From: Syntrophales bacterium
GTDB taxonomy: Bacteria > Desulfobacterota > Syntrophia > Syntrophales > PHBD01
NCBI GenBank assembly: GCA_963668175.1
Contig: OY764159.1
Location: 224,001 to 288,000, forward strand
Direction: 5' to 3'
Length of the DNA stretch: 64,000 nt
Shown: positions 1-8,506 of the stretch, one piece after another
How the letters are laid out: every line of letters starts with the position of its first letter
Position numbering within the stretch: the first letter of the stretch is position 1
Notes under the pieces: model-generated
What the model was told of the DNA's origin: nothing
What the model saw: only the letters and a program-made list of their open reading frames with translations
The model's database searches: none
Program-made: the position numbers and the translations under genes

Positions 1-33
1 CCAGCAAGCGAGCCTCCCGGTTCATTGGGGCAA

Positions 34-1590
34 TCAACGGTATTTAATATCCCCACGTTTTATAAGCTCTAATAGATATTGAAAAATGTTCTTCAGGTCA
101 TCTTGAAATTCCGACGCCACCAGAAATAACGTCAATAAAATGAGAATCAACGTCATCCAAAAGATCCCTCGTTGCAAGCTGATATTTGTTTTAGATAGTC
201 TATCATTGGATATTGCAGATGTTATTTGAGCTGTTCTATTGGCAATTGAATTAACTTGTTCCTCGCCTTTTTGCAGTTCTAGTACAAGCATCAAAAGAGT
301 CTCACGTAACCCATTAAAAAGGCCCTTTTCTCTCTTTCTATGTTCAGATATCGGGAAAAACTCATAAACCTCATTTAGGAAATAATTTTTATTTTCACAT
401 AACGGAATAACTTCTTGAATGAATGGGGTTAAATTGCGTTGAAGATTAAGGAATTTATTATCAAGAATCCGCGCTTCTGAGGCTGCCAAATCAAAATTGC
501 TAAATTCAAGAGAACCATAGGCGTCTCTCAACATGCCAAGTTGTTTTTCGTATGTTCGTGCAAGCACGAATAGAACCCATTTTCCAATAGTCTGGTCAAA
601 ATGCGTTAACCATTGCAATATTTGATCTTCCCTATCGTCAGGTCCAAAACGTTCGAGGTCTCTGTCATCAAGAATTCCCGATATATTACCGGATAGGACT
701 AAATTGTCTGTAGCTTCCGTAATCTGCATGAATAACCCCTTTATTTGAGGACTTTTCCATGCGTAGAAATCATAAGCAAGATGCATTACGGATAAAAATG
801 ATTTTCTCGAAGATTTCTTTTCTATATAAGGTTCATTCTCCTTAAAAAAAATAATCTCACATGTCGGAAAGGATTCTCCATATTGTCCGGAAGCATACAG
901 GCCGGGAAAATTATTCTTAACCCATTCGGTGCAAAGTGATCGCGTTGATTCACGTGCTAGTTTTACAGATAACTCTTTTTGATGAATGACATCTTGATAG
1001 CTCCGCCCCCCTCGTATTTTTTCTATATAAGTTGAGTAGGTATTTCTGAGGGATTGCTCTATCGCGTTTGCGTTGTCATCGTTTAGGAAGAATTGGAAGA
1101 CAAGAATGGTCGTGCTTGATATGTCTTGAAGGATTGACGCGTGGATAGCCTCGATCCCTTCGGGCAAATCAGCTTGACGATTCCTGTATAAAGACTGACT
1201 AGAATCTCTCACAATATAGCCTAAGTTAAGCCACCCTCCACCGGAAAGACTGTATCGCATATTATCAACTGAATCTAAGGAATCTGGATTAATAACTCTT
1301 TCGCTTTGTGACCAATTCAGTTTTTCGATGGAGAGTTTTAGACTGGCGATAAAAGATGGCGGAAAAACTTCAACAACCCAGATGCATGGCATCCTGATCT
1401 GTTCGGTAAGAGGAGGGCTTGATGCCAAGTTATCTTCTGGGTCAATCATGGAATGATAATGTTGTAAGTGATTATCAATTTTAATACTATTCATACTCTT
1501 CCCGCTGATCCCAGCTTTTAAAATTTGTTCCGCACTTAACATGGAAAGAAAAACGTTGAATTGCCCTACCTCAAAATCTATAACACACAT
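34..1590 (-). CDS. Hypothetical protein with C-terminal transmembrane helix (start may be ATG at 1494)
   Basis: 518-codon AT-rich ORF; hydrophobic GIFWMTLILILLTLFLVA near the C-terminus preceded by a helical region; GGGAAGAG upstream of ATG 1494. Confidence 0.75.
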   Translation of the reverse strand: MCVIDFEVGQFNVFLSMLSAEQILKAGISGKSMNSIKIDNHLQHYHSMIDPEDNLASSPPLTEQIRMPCIWVVEVFPPSFIASLKLSIEKLNWSQSERVINPDSLDSVDNMRYSLSGGGWLNLGYIVRDSSQSLYRNRQADLPEGIEAIHASILQDISSTTILVFQFFLNDDNANAIEQSLRNTYSTYIEKIRGGRSYQDVIHQKELSVKLARESTRSLCTEWVKNNFPGLYASGQYGESFPTCEIIFFKENEPYIEKKSSRKSFLSVMHLAYDFYAWKSPQIKGLFMQITEATDNLVLSGNISGILDDRDLERFGPDDREDQILQWLTHFDQTIGKWVLFVLARTYEKQLGMLRDAYGSLEFSNFDLAASEARILDNKFLNLQRNLTPFIQEVIPLCENKNYFLNEVYEFFPISEHRKREKGLFNGLRETLLMLVLELQKGEEQVNSIANRTAQITSAISNDRLSKTNISLQRGIFWMTLILILLTLFLVASEFQDDLKNIFQYLLELIKRGDIKYR

Positions 1591-1693
1591 AAGTTAGAAT
1601 GGTGTCATTTTCTTATCGATTACCAATTAAAATGTAGTACGAATTGTCCGGCTCAATACACAGCAGTTCAGGAAGTAAGTCACGGCCCGTAAT

Positions 1694-1713
1694 TGCCGTC
1701 ATATCTGCCGTCA
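1694..1713 (+). repeat. Direct repeat pair TGCCGTCA, 12-bp period
   Basis: tgccgtca at 1694-1701 and 1706-1713. Confidence 0.7.
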
Positions 1714-1726
1714 AGAATGTCTTATC

Positions 1727-1966
1727 TTACGCCACTTCATCCTGACCGGTTCTTTCGTCGGTTAGCCCGTTATATCTTTGATCCGTTGTCGTAGGTGTGG
1801 ACGTTCTACTGAGAAATGACTGCGGCATTTGAATACACCGTCGATCTAATATTTGCCCCTGTTTGTCGATCCTTGCTACCATAACAAGGCAAAGCGGATC
1901 GTCTGTGTCCGGCTTGGTCGGCTGCTTCTGAATGCCGCTCAACTTGTTGTCCGGATCATCGCTCAT
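1727..1966 (-). CDS. Small hypothetical protein
   Basis: 79-aa ORF with AAGGGG upstream of the ATG; co-oriented with neighbours; no recognisable motif. Confidence 0.4.
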   Translation of the reverse strand: MSDDPDNKLSGIQKQPTKPDTDDPLCLVMVARIDKQGQILDRRCIQMPQSFLSRTSTPTTTDQRYNGLTDERTGQDEVA

Positions 1967-2006
1967 AGATACCCCTTGTGGTTCGCTTTTAATATACCGC
2001 GTAGCG

Positions 2007-2246
2007 TCAGCGTTTCAAGTAAGGACATTTATCCGCTTGTTGGCAAGCTGCCATAGCCATTTCTCGTTCTCGTTGCTCCTTTTTTGCATCTCGTTTTCGT
2101 CTCTTAGCCATTTTTTCCTCAAACATTGCTAAGGCTGTTGGGTCCGGTGGCCTCACTTGTTTCAGTATAAGTTCCAGCACCACCCCCATAACGTTCAATT
2201 TCTGTTCGATCCTGTCCAAATCTTCCCTGCTGATTTCTTCCGACAT
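2007..2246 (-). CDS. Small hypothetical coiled-coil protein
   Basis: 79-aa ORF with GGAG RBS; charged helical composition; follows the ankyrin gene on the same strand. Confidence 0.55.
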   Translation of the reverse strand: MSEEISREDLDRIEQKLNVMGVVLELILKQVRPPDPTALAMFEEKMAKRRKRDAKKEQREREMAMAACQQADKCPYLKR

Positions 2247-2283
2247 ATCGCATCTCCGTATTCTATTCCACAGTGTAGAGTAT

Positions 2284-3336
2284 TTACTTTTTCAAAATTG
2301 CCTGAATTTTGTCCTTTGCAATGTTTTCTTCTACCGGTGTGATTGCGAATGGTCCCGCATCGTCGCCCCTTATCCGTGATTCTACGAATTGACCTACAAG
2401 CCCTCCCATTCCCGCAACGACGTTTCCGGCGCGCCGGGACACCTCGAAATAATATGTCTCTCCCGCTTTCGCATCGAAAGTTCTCGCGTGGTCCCCTTCC
2501 GCCATCTTGCCTTTGATGGATATCGTGCAAGTCCCCGGGCTGACGATCATGTAATCAGTGCCAGTCCTGTCAAGGTTTGCGACGATTTCATCATTGATGT
2601 ACACCACGACTTCTCTGCCGATAGTCGTCAGGAAATAAGAATCCCTGAACAAAACCACCTTTGCCGTAGGCATATCTTTACGGGCGTCGGCTATCGCCTT
2701 TTTGATTTCGGTGGCTACGTCCGTTTTCTGATAATATAACGCCCATGCTAATGGCGTATAGCCTTCCTTGTCTTTTGCATTCAAATTTGCGCCCTTCTTG
2801 ATTAACAACTGAACGATTTTAATGTTTGCAGAACACTTGACCGCATTCACAAGAGGGGTCGCGCCCATCCATTCCCTAGATTCAATATTTGCACCTCTGT
2901 TCAACAGAAGCTCGACTATGGCATAATCGCTGACAGCTATCGCATAATTGAGAGGTGTTGTTTCCGTCGAGTCCCTTGTTTCTATGTCCGCGCCCCTGTC
3001 CAGCAAGGCATTCACGATTTCAATCTGCTTGTAATAAGCTGCGTGATTCAAGGCGTCACATCCGGTTTTGTCCTTCACTTTTATATCTGCCCCGTATTCA
3101 ATGAGGCGTTTTGCCACCGCCGTCTTCCCTGCCCATATAGCGTGCATAAGAGGAGTGGCCCCGTGTTTCTTGTCAGGCTCATTGATATTGGCACCCTCTT
3201 TGATGAGCTTTTCGGCGGTTAAGGAATCGCCTTTCGTTGAGGCATCAATCAGCGGTGTCTTCGGGACGGTTGCACAGCTTGTAATAATCAATAATGTTGC
3301 GGCCATTAATACGAGAAACAGGTTGCTGTTTTTCAT
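2284..3336 (-). CDS. Ankyrin-repeat lipoprotein with C-terminal DUF2846-like domain
   Basis: Signal peptide with lipobox ITSC; about six TPL..A..G..V.LL..GA ankyrin repeats; C-terminal VVLFR...VYIN...PG...AGETYYF pattern. Confidence 0.85.
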   Translation of the reverse strand: MKNSNLFLVLMAATLLIITSCATVPKTPLIDASTKGDSLTAEKLIKEGANINEPDKKHGATPLMHAIWAGKTAVAKRLIEYGADIKVKDKTGCDALNHAAYYKQIEIVNALLDRGADIETRDSTETTPLNYAIAVSDYAIVELLLNRGANIESREWMGATPLVNAVKCSANIKIVQLLIKKGANLNAKDKEGYTPLAWALYYQKTDVATEIKKAIADARKDMPTAKVVLFRDSYFLTTIGREVVVYINDEIVANLDRTGTDYMIVSPGTCTISIKGKMAEGDHARTFDAKAGETYYFEVSRRAGNVVAGMGGLVGQFVESRIRGDDAGPFAITPVEENIAKDKIQAILKK

Positions 3337-3617
3337 TATTTTACACCATCATTGTATTATTATTATGTTCTAAGATTTAATATTGTATAGAACAATTTAT
3401 CCGGGATTGCCAGTTGAAAGCATGTCTGCCAATAGAAATCCTAACAGTAGGGGTCGCTTTGCAAACCATCTATGCTGGCGTCGGAAGGGATGTCCAAATG
3501 CATATCGTTCTTATCACTTTAGTACGACGACAAATGATGACAAAATTGACTTTGAGCCGTTGGTTGATCGGCATGTCTGGTCGTCATATATAAATAAATT
3601 TCTGTGAGGTGGGATAA

Positions 3618-4424
3618 ATGGGTGGCGTAGCTGCTGTTGCTGACAAATTGGGTCTTGAAGATACCCCTGTTGGAGATATTCTCGAAGGGGCGACCGATTT
3701 TGTTCATTCTGCCGGTACTGGCGGGCTTTCCGATGCTGTACGCGCCTACGACGAATATCAGAGCGGCGACGCCACGGGCATTGAAGCTTTGGGGAATTTT
3801 CTTGACGAAGCGATAGACCCGGGCGACTCAGTTGATACGCTGGCTAAGGCAACGAGGGACATTCCTTCATCCCAGGCCGACAAAGAGGAACAACAGAAAT
3901 GGGCCAAGAATGTTGAGGTTGGAATCGGGGCGGCGGGCAACCTGGTTGGCGGTCCAATTGTGGGCGCGCCTGCCGTGGGTTTCACTTCCAAAATAGCCGG
4001 GGAACCGTCCTATATAGGTCAAATCAAGTCTGCCCTTACTGCTGGCGGGTTTTATGGCGGACAAGTTATTGGCGCAGGGGTAGGAGACGTTGCCAAGGAA
4101 GCAGGAATAGGCGGCGATGCACTTAAATATATCAGCAATGCGGGCGGCGCAATAGGTGGAAGCGCCCTTAAAACGGGAACAGCCGCCATTGCTAATGCCG
4201 CGTTGAACTCCGGAACGGCCTCTTTGTCGCCCAAAAGTGCCATCGAGAACCCGTCCGACGTAGACACTTCCCAAACGGCCACATCTCAGGTCGCGTCCAA
4301 TGCCGTCAACGATACAGAGAAGCAATTAAAGAATTACGGCGTCACCCGCGGGGCAATTGGTACAGGGACAATGTACAATCCGAAGATCGGCCGAATGGTT
4401 GGTGGCTACAGGATTGCAGCATAA
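3618..4424 (+). CDS. Gly/Ala-rich hypothetical protein, resembling phage internal-virion/ejection proteins
   Basis: 268-aa ORF with GAGGTGG RBS; begins MGG; Gly/Ala-rich hydrophobic middle; function inferred from composition only. Confidence 0.7.
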   Translation: MGGVAAVADKLGLEDTPVGDILEGATDFVHSAGTGGLSDAVRAYDEYQSGDATGIEALGNFLDEAIDPGDSVDTLAKATRDIPSSQADKEEQQKWAKNVEVGIGAAGNLVGGPIVGAPAVGFTSKIAGEPSYIGQIKSALTAGGFYGGQVIGAGVGDVAKEAGIGGDALKYISNAGGAIGGSALKTGTAAIANAALNSGTASLSPKSAIENPSDVDTSQTATSQVASNAVNDTEKQLKNYGVTRGAIGTGTMYNPKIGRMVGGYRIAA

Positions 4425-4435
4425 AGGCATCGGTA

Positions 4436-5116
4436 TTAAGATCGCCTCCTTTTTCTTTCAATTCGATCTTCCAGGTAAGCAACTATTTGTTGCACCATGT
4501 TAAGGGCCGTCTCCTCGCTCATAGTCTGCCACTTGACGGCATTGAGATGATCAAATGATCCAAACATACGATCAAATGCAGTCTGGAATAATGGATCGAC
4601 CGGTGCAGGACCTTTCTTCTCCACCGAAGGCTTCTTTGCCTCCGGCTCCTTTGGCTTCGTAATTTTCTCAGTTTGTTTCTCCGACACCACCTCCTTCTTT
4701 TCTGTGATCATTTCCTTGACTACCTTTTCTACATGGTTGGCCGTGACTTTACCGTTAGGAGCGGTTGACTTAGCTTTTTCCCATGCTTCTGTTCGCTGTT
4801 CCGGGAGAAGTTTCGACAAGGGGCGAACCTGGAATTCTGTGATCCCTTCAGTGGAACCGGACGGTTCCACTTGACCAATTATTGCCGAAGAAGCTATTAG
4901 CCGATTTGCATGCTGCTTGGTTATGCCCCACTCAGCCTTGCAGTAAGCCGGGAAAGTTTCGTATTTTCCCCCGTTTTTTTCTTTAAACAGTTCGTCTGCT
5001 TTAATCTGCAATAATGCCCTGCCTACCTCACAAAAGGATTCAAAATTTTTCTGTATGATTCCTTCTAGCCGTTCAAGTTCTTTCGTTCGTGAAACCACAA
5101 CTACTTCATCACTCAT
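4436..5116 (-). CDS. Phage-type helical DNA-binding protein (DUF3102-like N-terminus)
   Basis: GGAGG RBS before ATG 5116; motif EVGRALLQIK..ELF...YETFPAYCKAEWGITKQHANRLI typical of phage/mobile-element proteins; Lys/Glu/Pro-rich linker. Confidence 0.7.
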   Translation of the reverse strand: MSDEVVVVSRTKELERLEGIIQKNFESFCEVGRALLQIKADELFKEKNGGKYETFPAYCKAEWGITKQHANRLIASSAIIGQVEPSGSTEGITEFQVRPLSKLLPEQRTEAWEKAKSTAPNGKVTANHVEKVVKEMITEKKEVVSEKQTEKITKPKEPEAKKPSVEKKGPAPVDPLFQTAFDRMFGSFDHLNAVKWQTMSEETALNMVQQIVAYLEDRIERKRRRS

Positions 5117-5824
5117 GCCGCTCAACCTCCAATTCTAATCCGCTTGCAAATCCGCAATATTACTTCACAAAAAACACGTACTCCCCGTCAATCAGCCGAT
5201 ACCGCATCCCGTTCATCTGGGCAAGTCGCCGGGCGTTCTCCCGCTTGTGGGAATGATTATATCCGACAGGGTATCTGGGGTTATCCGGCCGGCGACCGAG
5301 ACCGAATTGTGGAATACGGTGGACACAATCGCGAAATTAATCCGTATTTCCCATTTTAAAACAGGGAGCTTTATAATAATTGTCAATGACTCATCCCTGT
5401 TTTGCAACTATCCGAGCAATCTTTTTGCAATCTTTTTATTCTATATTGATACATAAAATCAGGCAATTAGACCGATACGATTATTTGTCAATGTTGCCGC
5501 CTGCGCAGGTCGTGTCCGGACCCTTTTTTAGATAACGGATACTATAGACAACGCCCGGAATATTCTGTCATTTTAGATTTTAGATCAATCGGTTGTGTAC
5601 TTGTCACCAAATTATGCAATGTATCTTGCAAGTTATTTTGAATCTTTTATGAAATTTTTCCGTAATTTTTCCCGGTGCCCCAGTCCTGGAGCCGGACGGC
5701 CCCCCGGCTGGATGAATTCCGAAGCCCCCCACCCCTCTTATCGACTTGACGGGGCAAAAAGGGGGGTAAGGGGTGTCAGGGCGACCAATTGAGGGGCTAG
5801 TGACGATCAGCTAACGGTGCTCAG

Positions 5825-6115
5825 TCAGCCTTTTCTCAATGCCATGAATGCGGGAAAACGGGAAGGATTGAGACTAATGAACTTGTTTAACCCCTCAAAA
5901 ACTCTGGCGATATCGGATATATCCATTACCTTGCTCAATTCGTACAATGCCGTCTCGTGTTTCTTCACAAGATTTATGCGCCTTACAAACACTTCGGGCG
6001 GTACGTCGGGCGGATTCCATGATTTATTTTCTTGTCCTTTCGCTGCTTCCATTTCCTTTGCCATTGCCATTCTCTTTGCTCCTTTCAGCATTTTGATATG
6101 TTGAGGATCATGCAC
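5825..6115 (-). CDS. Hypothetical protein
   Basis: 96-aa ORF directly downstream of the excisionase-like gene on the same strand; start uncertain. Confidence 0.55.
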   Translation of the reverse strand: MHDPQHIKMLKGAKRMAMAKEMEAAKGQENKSWNPPDVPPEVFVRRINLVKKHETALYELSKVMDISDIARVFEGLNKFISLNPSRFPAFMALRKG

Positions 6116-6164
6116 GGCTACGCGCCCGGTTATGGCAAGCGGTCATGATCCTTCTGCGCTACTG

Positions 6165-6347
6165 TCACTGCCGTTTGAGGAAATCAATCAAATCGGCCTC
6201 GTCAATCAGGTATTGCTTACCGATACGCTTGGCCTTGAGCTTCCCATCCTTGATATACGTGCGGATGGTAACTTCGGTAAGGTTCAATTTCTGCGATATC
6301 TCCCGGACCGTCCACAGCTTTAAACTGCCCACTTCAATAGCCGTCAT
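6165..6347 (-). CDS. Excisionase-family helix-turn-helix protein (HTH_17/MerR-like)
   Basis: LWTVREISQKLNLTEVTIRTYIKDGKLKAKRIGKQYLIDEADL is a classic Xis-like pattern; GGAGGGG RBS before ATG 6347. Confidence 0.88.
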   Translation of the reverse strand: MTAIEVGSLKLWTVREISQKLNLTEVTIRTYIKDGKLKAKRIGKQYLIDEADLIDFLKRQ

Positions 6348-6429
6348 CGTATCCCCTCCCTTCATTCAGACTTTTGCACTATGGTGCAAAGCTTCTTCAT
6401 TAATTCCCCCAGGGGGGAAAAGTACCGTC

Positions 6430-6449
6430 TGCCGTATAATTTGCCGTAT
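6430..6449 (+). repeat. Direct repeat pair TGCCGTAT, 12-bp period
   Basis: tgccgtat at 6430-6437 and 6442-6449. Confidence 0.7.
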
Positions 6450-6453
6450 CAGA

Positions 6454-6471
6454 TGTGCGCAATTGCGCACA
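6454..6471. promoter_or_regulatory. Perfect 18-bp palindrome, candidate operator or binding site
   Basis: tgtgcgcaattgcgcaca, upstream of the excisionase-like gene. Confidence 0.45.
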
Positions 6472-6547
6472 AATCGAAGCCCTATCTTGTATATCCGGTA
6501 TCCTGCCGCGCCCTTTGAGCATGTCTTGTCGTTCTGAATCCGGTCGT

Positions 6548-7234
6548 TTAATGAACAGCTGTAGGGCTGAATTGCTTGCTGTAACTGGCTTTCAGGGTTC
6601 TTAGGTCCGTGTTGATCGCCTTGTGAACATACCCCAGGGATAGCCCCAGGCCCCGTGATATCTCCCGGTAAGTTTTCCCCTCTGCGTGAAGCCGTTTCGC
6701 CTTCTTGATGGCCTTCATTTGGTCGGGCTCTTCCACCAATTTCCCGTCCTCAATCTTGAAGCCGTAGGGGATGTGTCCGCACCATTGCCCCTGACTCTTC
6801 TTATGGGCCAGCGCGTCACGGGTCCGCTCTGCTATCAAGTCCCGCTCCATTTGGGCAAGGGCCGACAGGATTGTAAGAAAGAACTTGCCGGTCGCGCTCT
6901 TCGTGTCGATTCGTTCATTGATGCTGTGGAAGGCTATTCCCTGCTTTTCAAGCCGATCTATGATGTTCAGCGTATCGACGGTGTTCCGGGAGAGGCGGTC
7001 AAGTTTGTAGACGATGACGGATTCGGCTTGGCCCTCATCAAGCAATTTGAGCAAACGAGTCAGGCCTTCACGGTTAAGGGTTTTGGCAGAACGCCCTTCA
7101 TCCCGGATTATCTCCACGAGGGATAGGTTGTTCAGGTCGGCATATGCCTTTATCTTCGCTTCCTGGTTGTCCAAGGAAACGCCCTCGCGGCTTTGCTCTT
7201 CCGTGGAAACTCTTATGTAGCCTATGGTCTTCAT
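6548..7234 (-). CDS. Serine recombinase (resolvase/invertase family) with short C-terminal HTH
   Basis: GYIRVST catalytic Ser motif, VYKLDRLSRN, ERDLIAERTR; 228 aa. Confidence 0.93.
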   Translation of the reverse strand: MKTIGYIRVSTEEQSREGVSLDNQEAKIKAYADLNNLSLVEIIRDEGRSAKTLNREGLTRLLKLLDEGQAESVIVYKLDRLSRNTVDTLNIIDRLEKQGIAFHSINERIDTKSATGKFFLTILSALAQMERDLIAERTRDALAHKKSQGQWCGHIPYGFKIEDGKLVEEPDQMKAIKKAKRLHAEGKTYREISRGLGLSLGYVHKAINTDLRTLKASYSKQFSPTAVH

Positions 7235-7549
7235 ATTTTCGCCTTTCTGGCTTTATCTGTCATTACGGTGGTGATTTTGGATTGTGTTGGTCAATTCTAT
7301 GAAAAACAATATGACACATACAATTGACTTTGTCAATATATTATTTGACTATATTTGATTGTATATAGCTGTATTATTTTATTTGTAAGATGAAGGGTCG
7401 AAACCGAATAATGTTTGGATGACAATTATGAAATAATGCATTGATAATCGTATGAAAATATTGTAGTCAAATCCTTACCAATCTGTGAAAATCTTTCCAA
7501 TTATTATAAATCGTTCCCTTCTTAAAAGAGAAAATCTTTGGAGGTAAAT

Positions 7550-7891
7550 ATGAAACGCGGCATTTTGATCAAAGATACCAGCGCGTTCTTAATCATCATG
7601 ATAATAACGATTGTAATAATCGGACTGATGCTGGCTTGTGCCAGCGGGCCTCAAACCAGAACGGTATGGTCTAGACCTAATGCTACGCAAAATGAGTTTG
7701 CCAAAGATAAATATGATTGTATGCAACAATCACAGCAAAGGCGATCTGCTTCAACAGGTGCATGGTGCTACGGTTATTATTGCGATCCTGGCGGTTCCTA
7801 TAGCACAGTTGTAACGAATCCCGATCTCTTTAATGCCTGCATGGAAGCACGCGGATGGAGTTCTCGTAAAGAGAAGATACAGACGGATTAA
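7550..7891 (+). CDS. Small Cys-containing lipoprotein
   Basis: GGAGGT RBS before ATG 7550; hydrophobic signal with lipobox MLAC; KDKYDC...FNACMEARGW pattern. Confidence 0.75.
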   Translation: MKRGILIKDTSAFLIIMIITIVIIGLMLACASGPQTRTVWSRPNATQNEFAKDKYDCMQQSQQRRSASTGAWCYGYYCDPGGSYSTVVTNPDLFNACMEARGWSSRKEKIQTD

Positions 7892-7912
7892 GGGGCAGAT
7901 ATCGACTTCCTC

Positions 7913-8467
7913 TTGACATTACTGAACAAATTCATTTTCCACTGGACACCTTCAAAATCCCTCTGGGTTGGAGGATACACCTTACTGTGGGATGCCCGTT
8001 GTTCCGGCATTTACATAGGATTCGGCATTAGTGTTATATATCATATTTTTAACAATCGCCGCACATCGGCCATTCCGCCAGCACCTATCATCTTTTTTAA
8101 CGCCTTGATGTTTGCCGCTCTTCCCGTAGATGTGTTCACCATAATATACGGATTGCGGGAACCATCAAATGACATTAGATTTTTCACCGGACTGCTTTTC
8201 GGGTCTTCTGTTTGCGTTTTCTTATACCCCGCCTTTGTCGCTTTAACCCTCAATAATACTCAACCGGTGTCTGCTCTTCCCTCGGCCCGAATTGCGCTTT
8301 TGCATTATCTAATCGTTGCATTGGCTGCAATTATGCTAAAATGGGATACTATATTTTCCTATCTGCTCCTTTGGACATTCTCGATGTTCGGGTTTCTCGG
8401 TATGCTCCTCATGATCGGCATAGGGTTGTGGAAACTCATTTGGAAAGTGCTCAAAAGGGATTGTTAA
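7913..8467 (+). CDS. DUF2085-like integral membrane protein
   Basis: DARCSGIYIG and EPSNDIRFFTGLLFG motifs; about five TM helices; start uncertain. Confidence 0.7.
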   Translation: MTLLNKFIFHWTPSKSLWVGGYTLLWDARCSGIYIGFGISVIYHIFNNRRTSAIPPAPIIFFNALMFAALPVDVFTIIYGLREPSNDIRFFTGLLFGSSVCVFLYPAFVALTLNNTQPVSALPSARIALLHYLIVALAAIMLKWDTIFSYLLLWTFSMFGFLGMLLMIGIGLWKLIWKVLKRDC

Positions 8468-8478
8468 CCAAATAATGC

Positions 8479-8506
8479 CGGGCAGTCCGGGCAGTTTTCG
8501 GGCAGT
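8479..8506 (-). repeat. Three direct repeats ACTGCCCG, integrase arm-type site candidate
   Basis: cgggcagt at 8479-8486, 8488-8495 and 8499-8506, about 40 bp beyond the selC 3' end. Confidence 0.7.
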
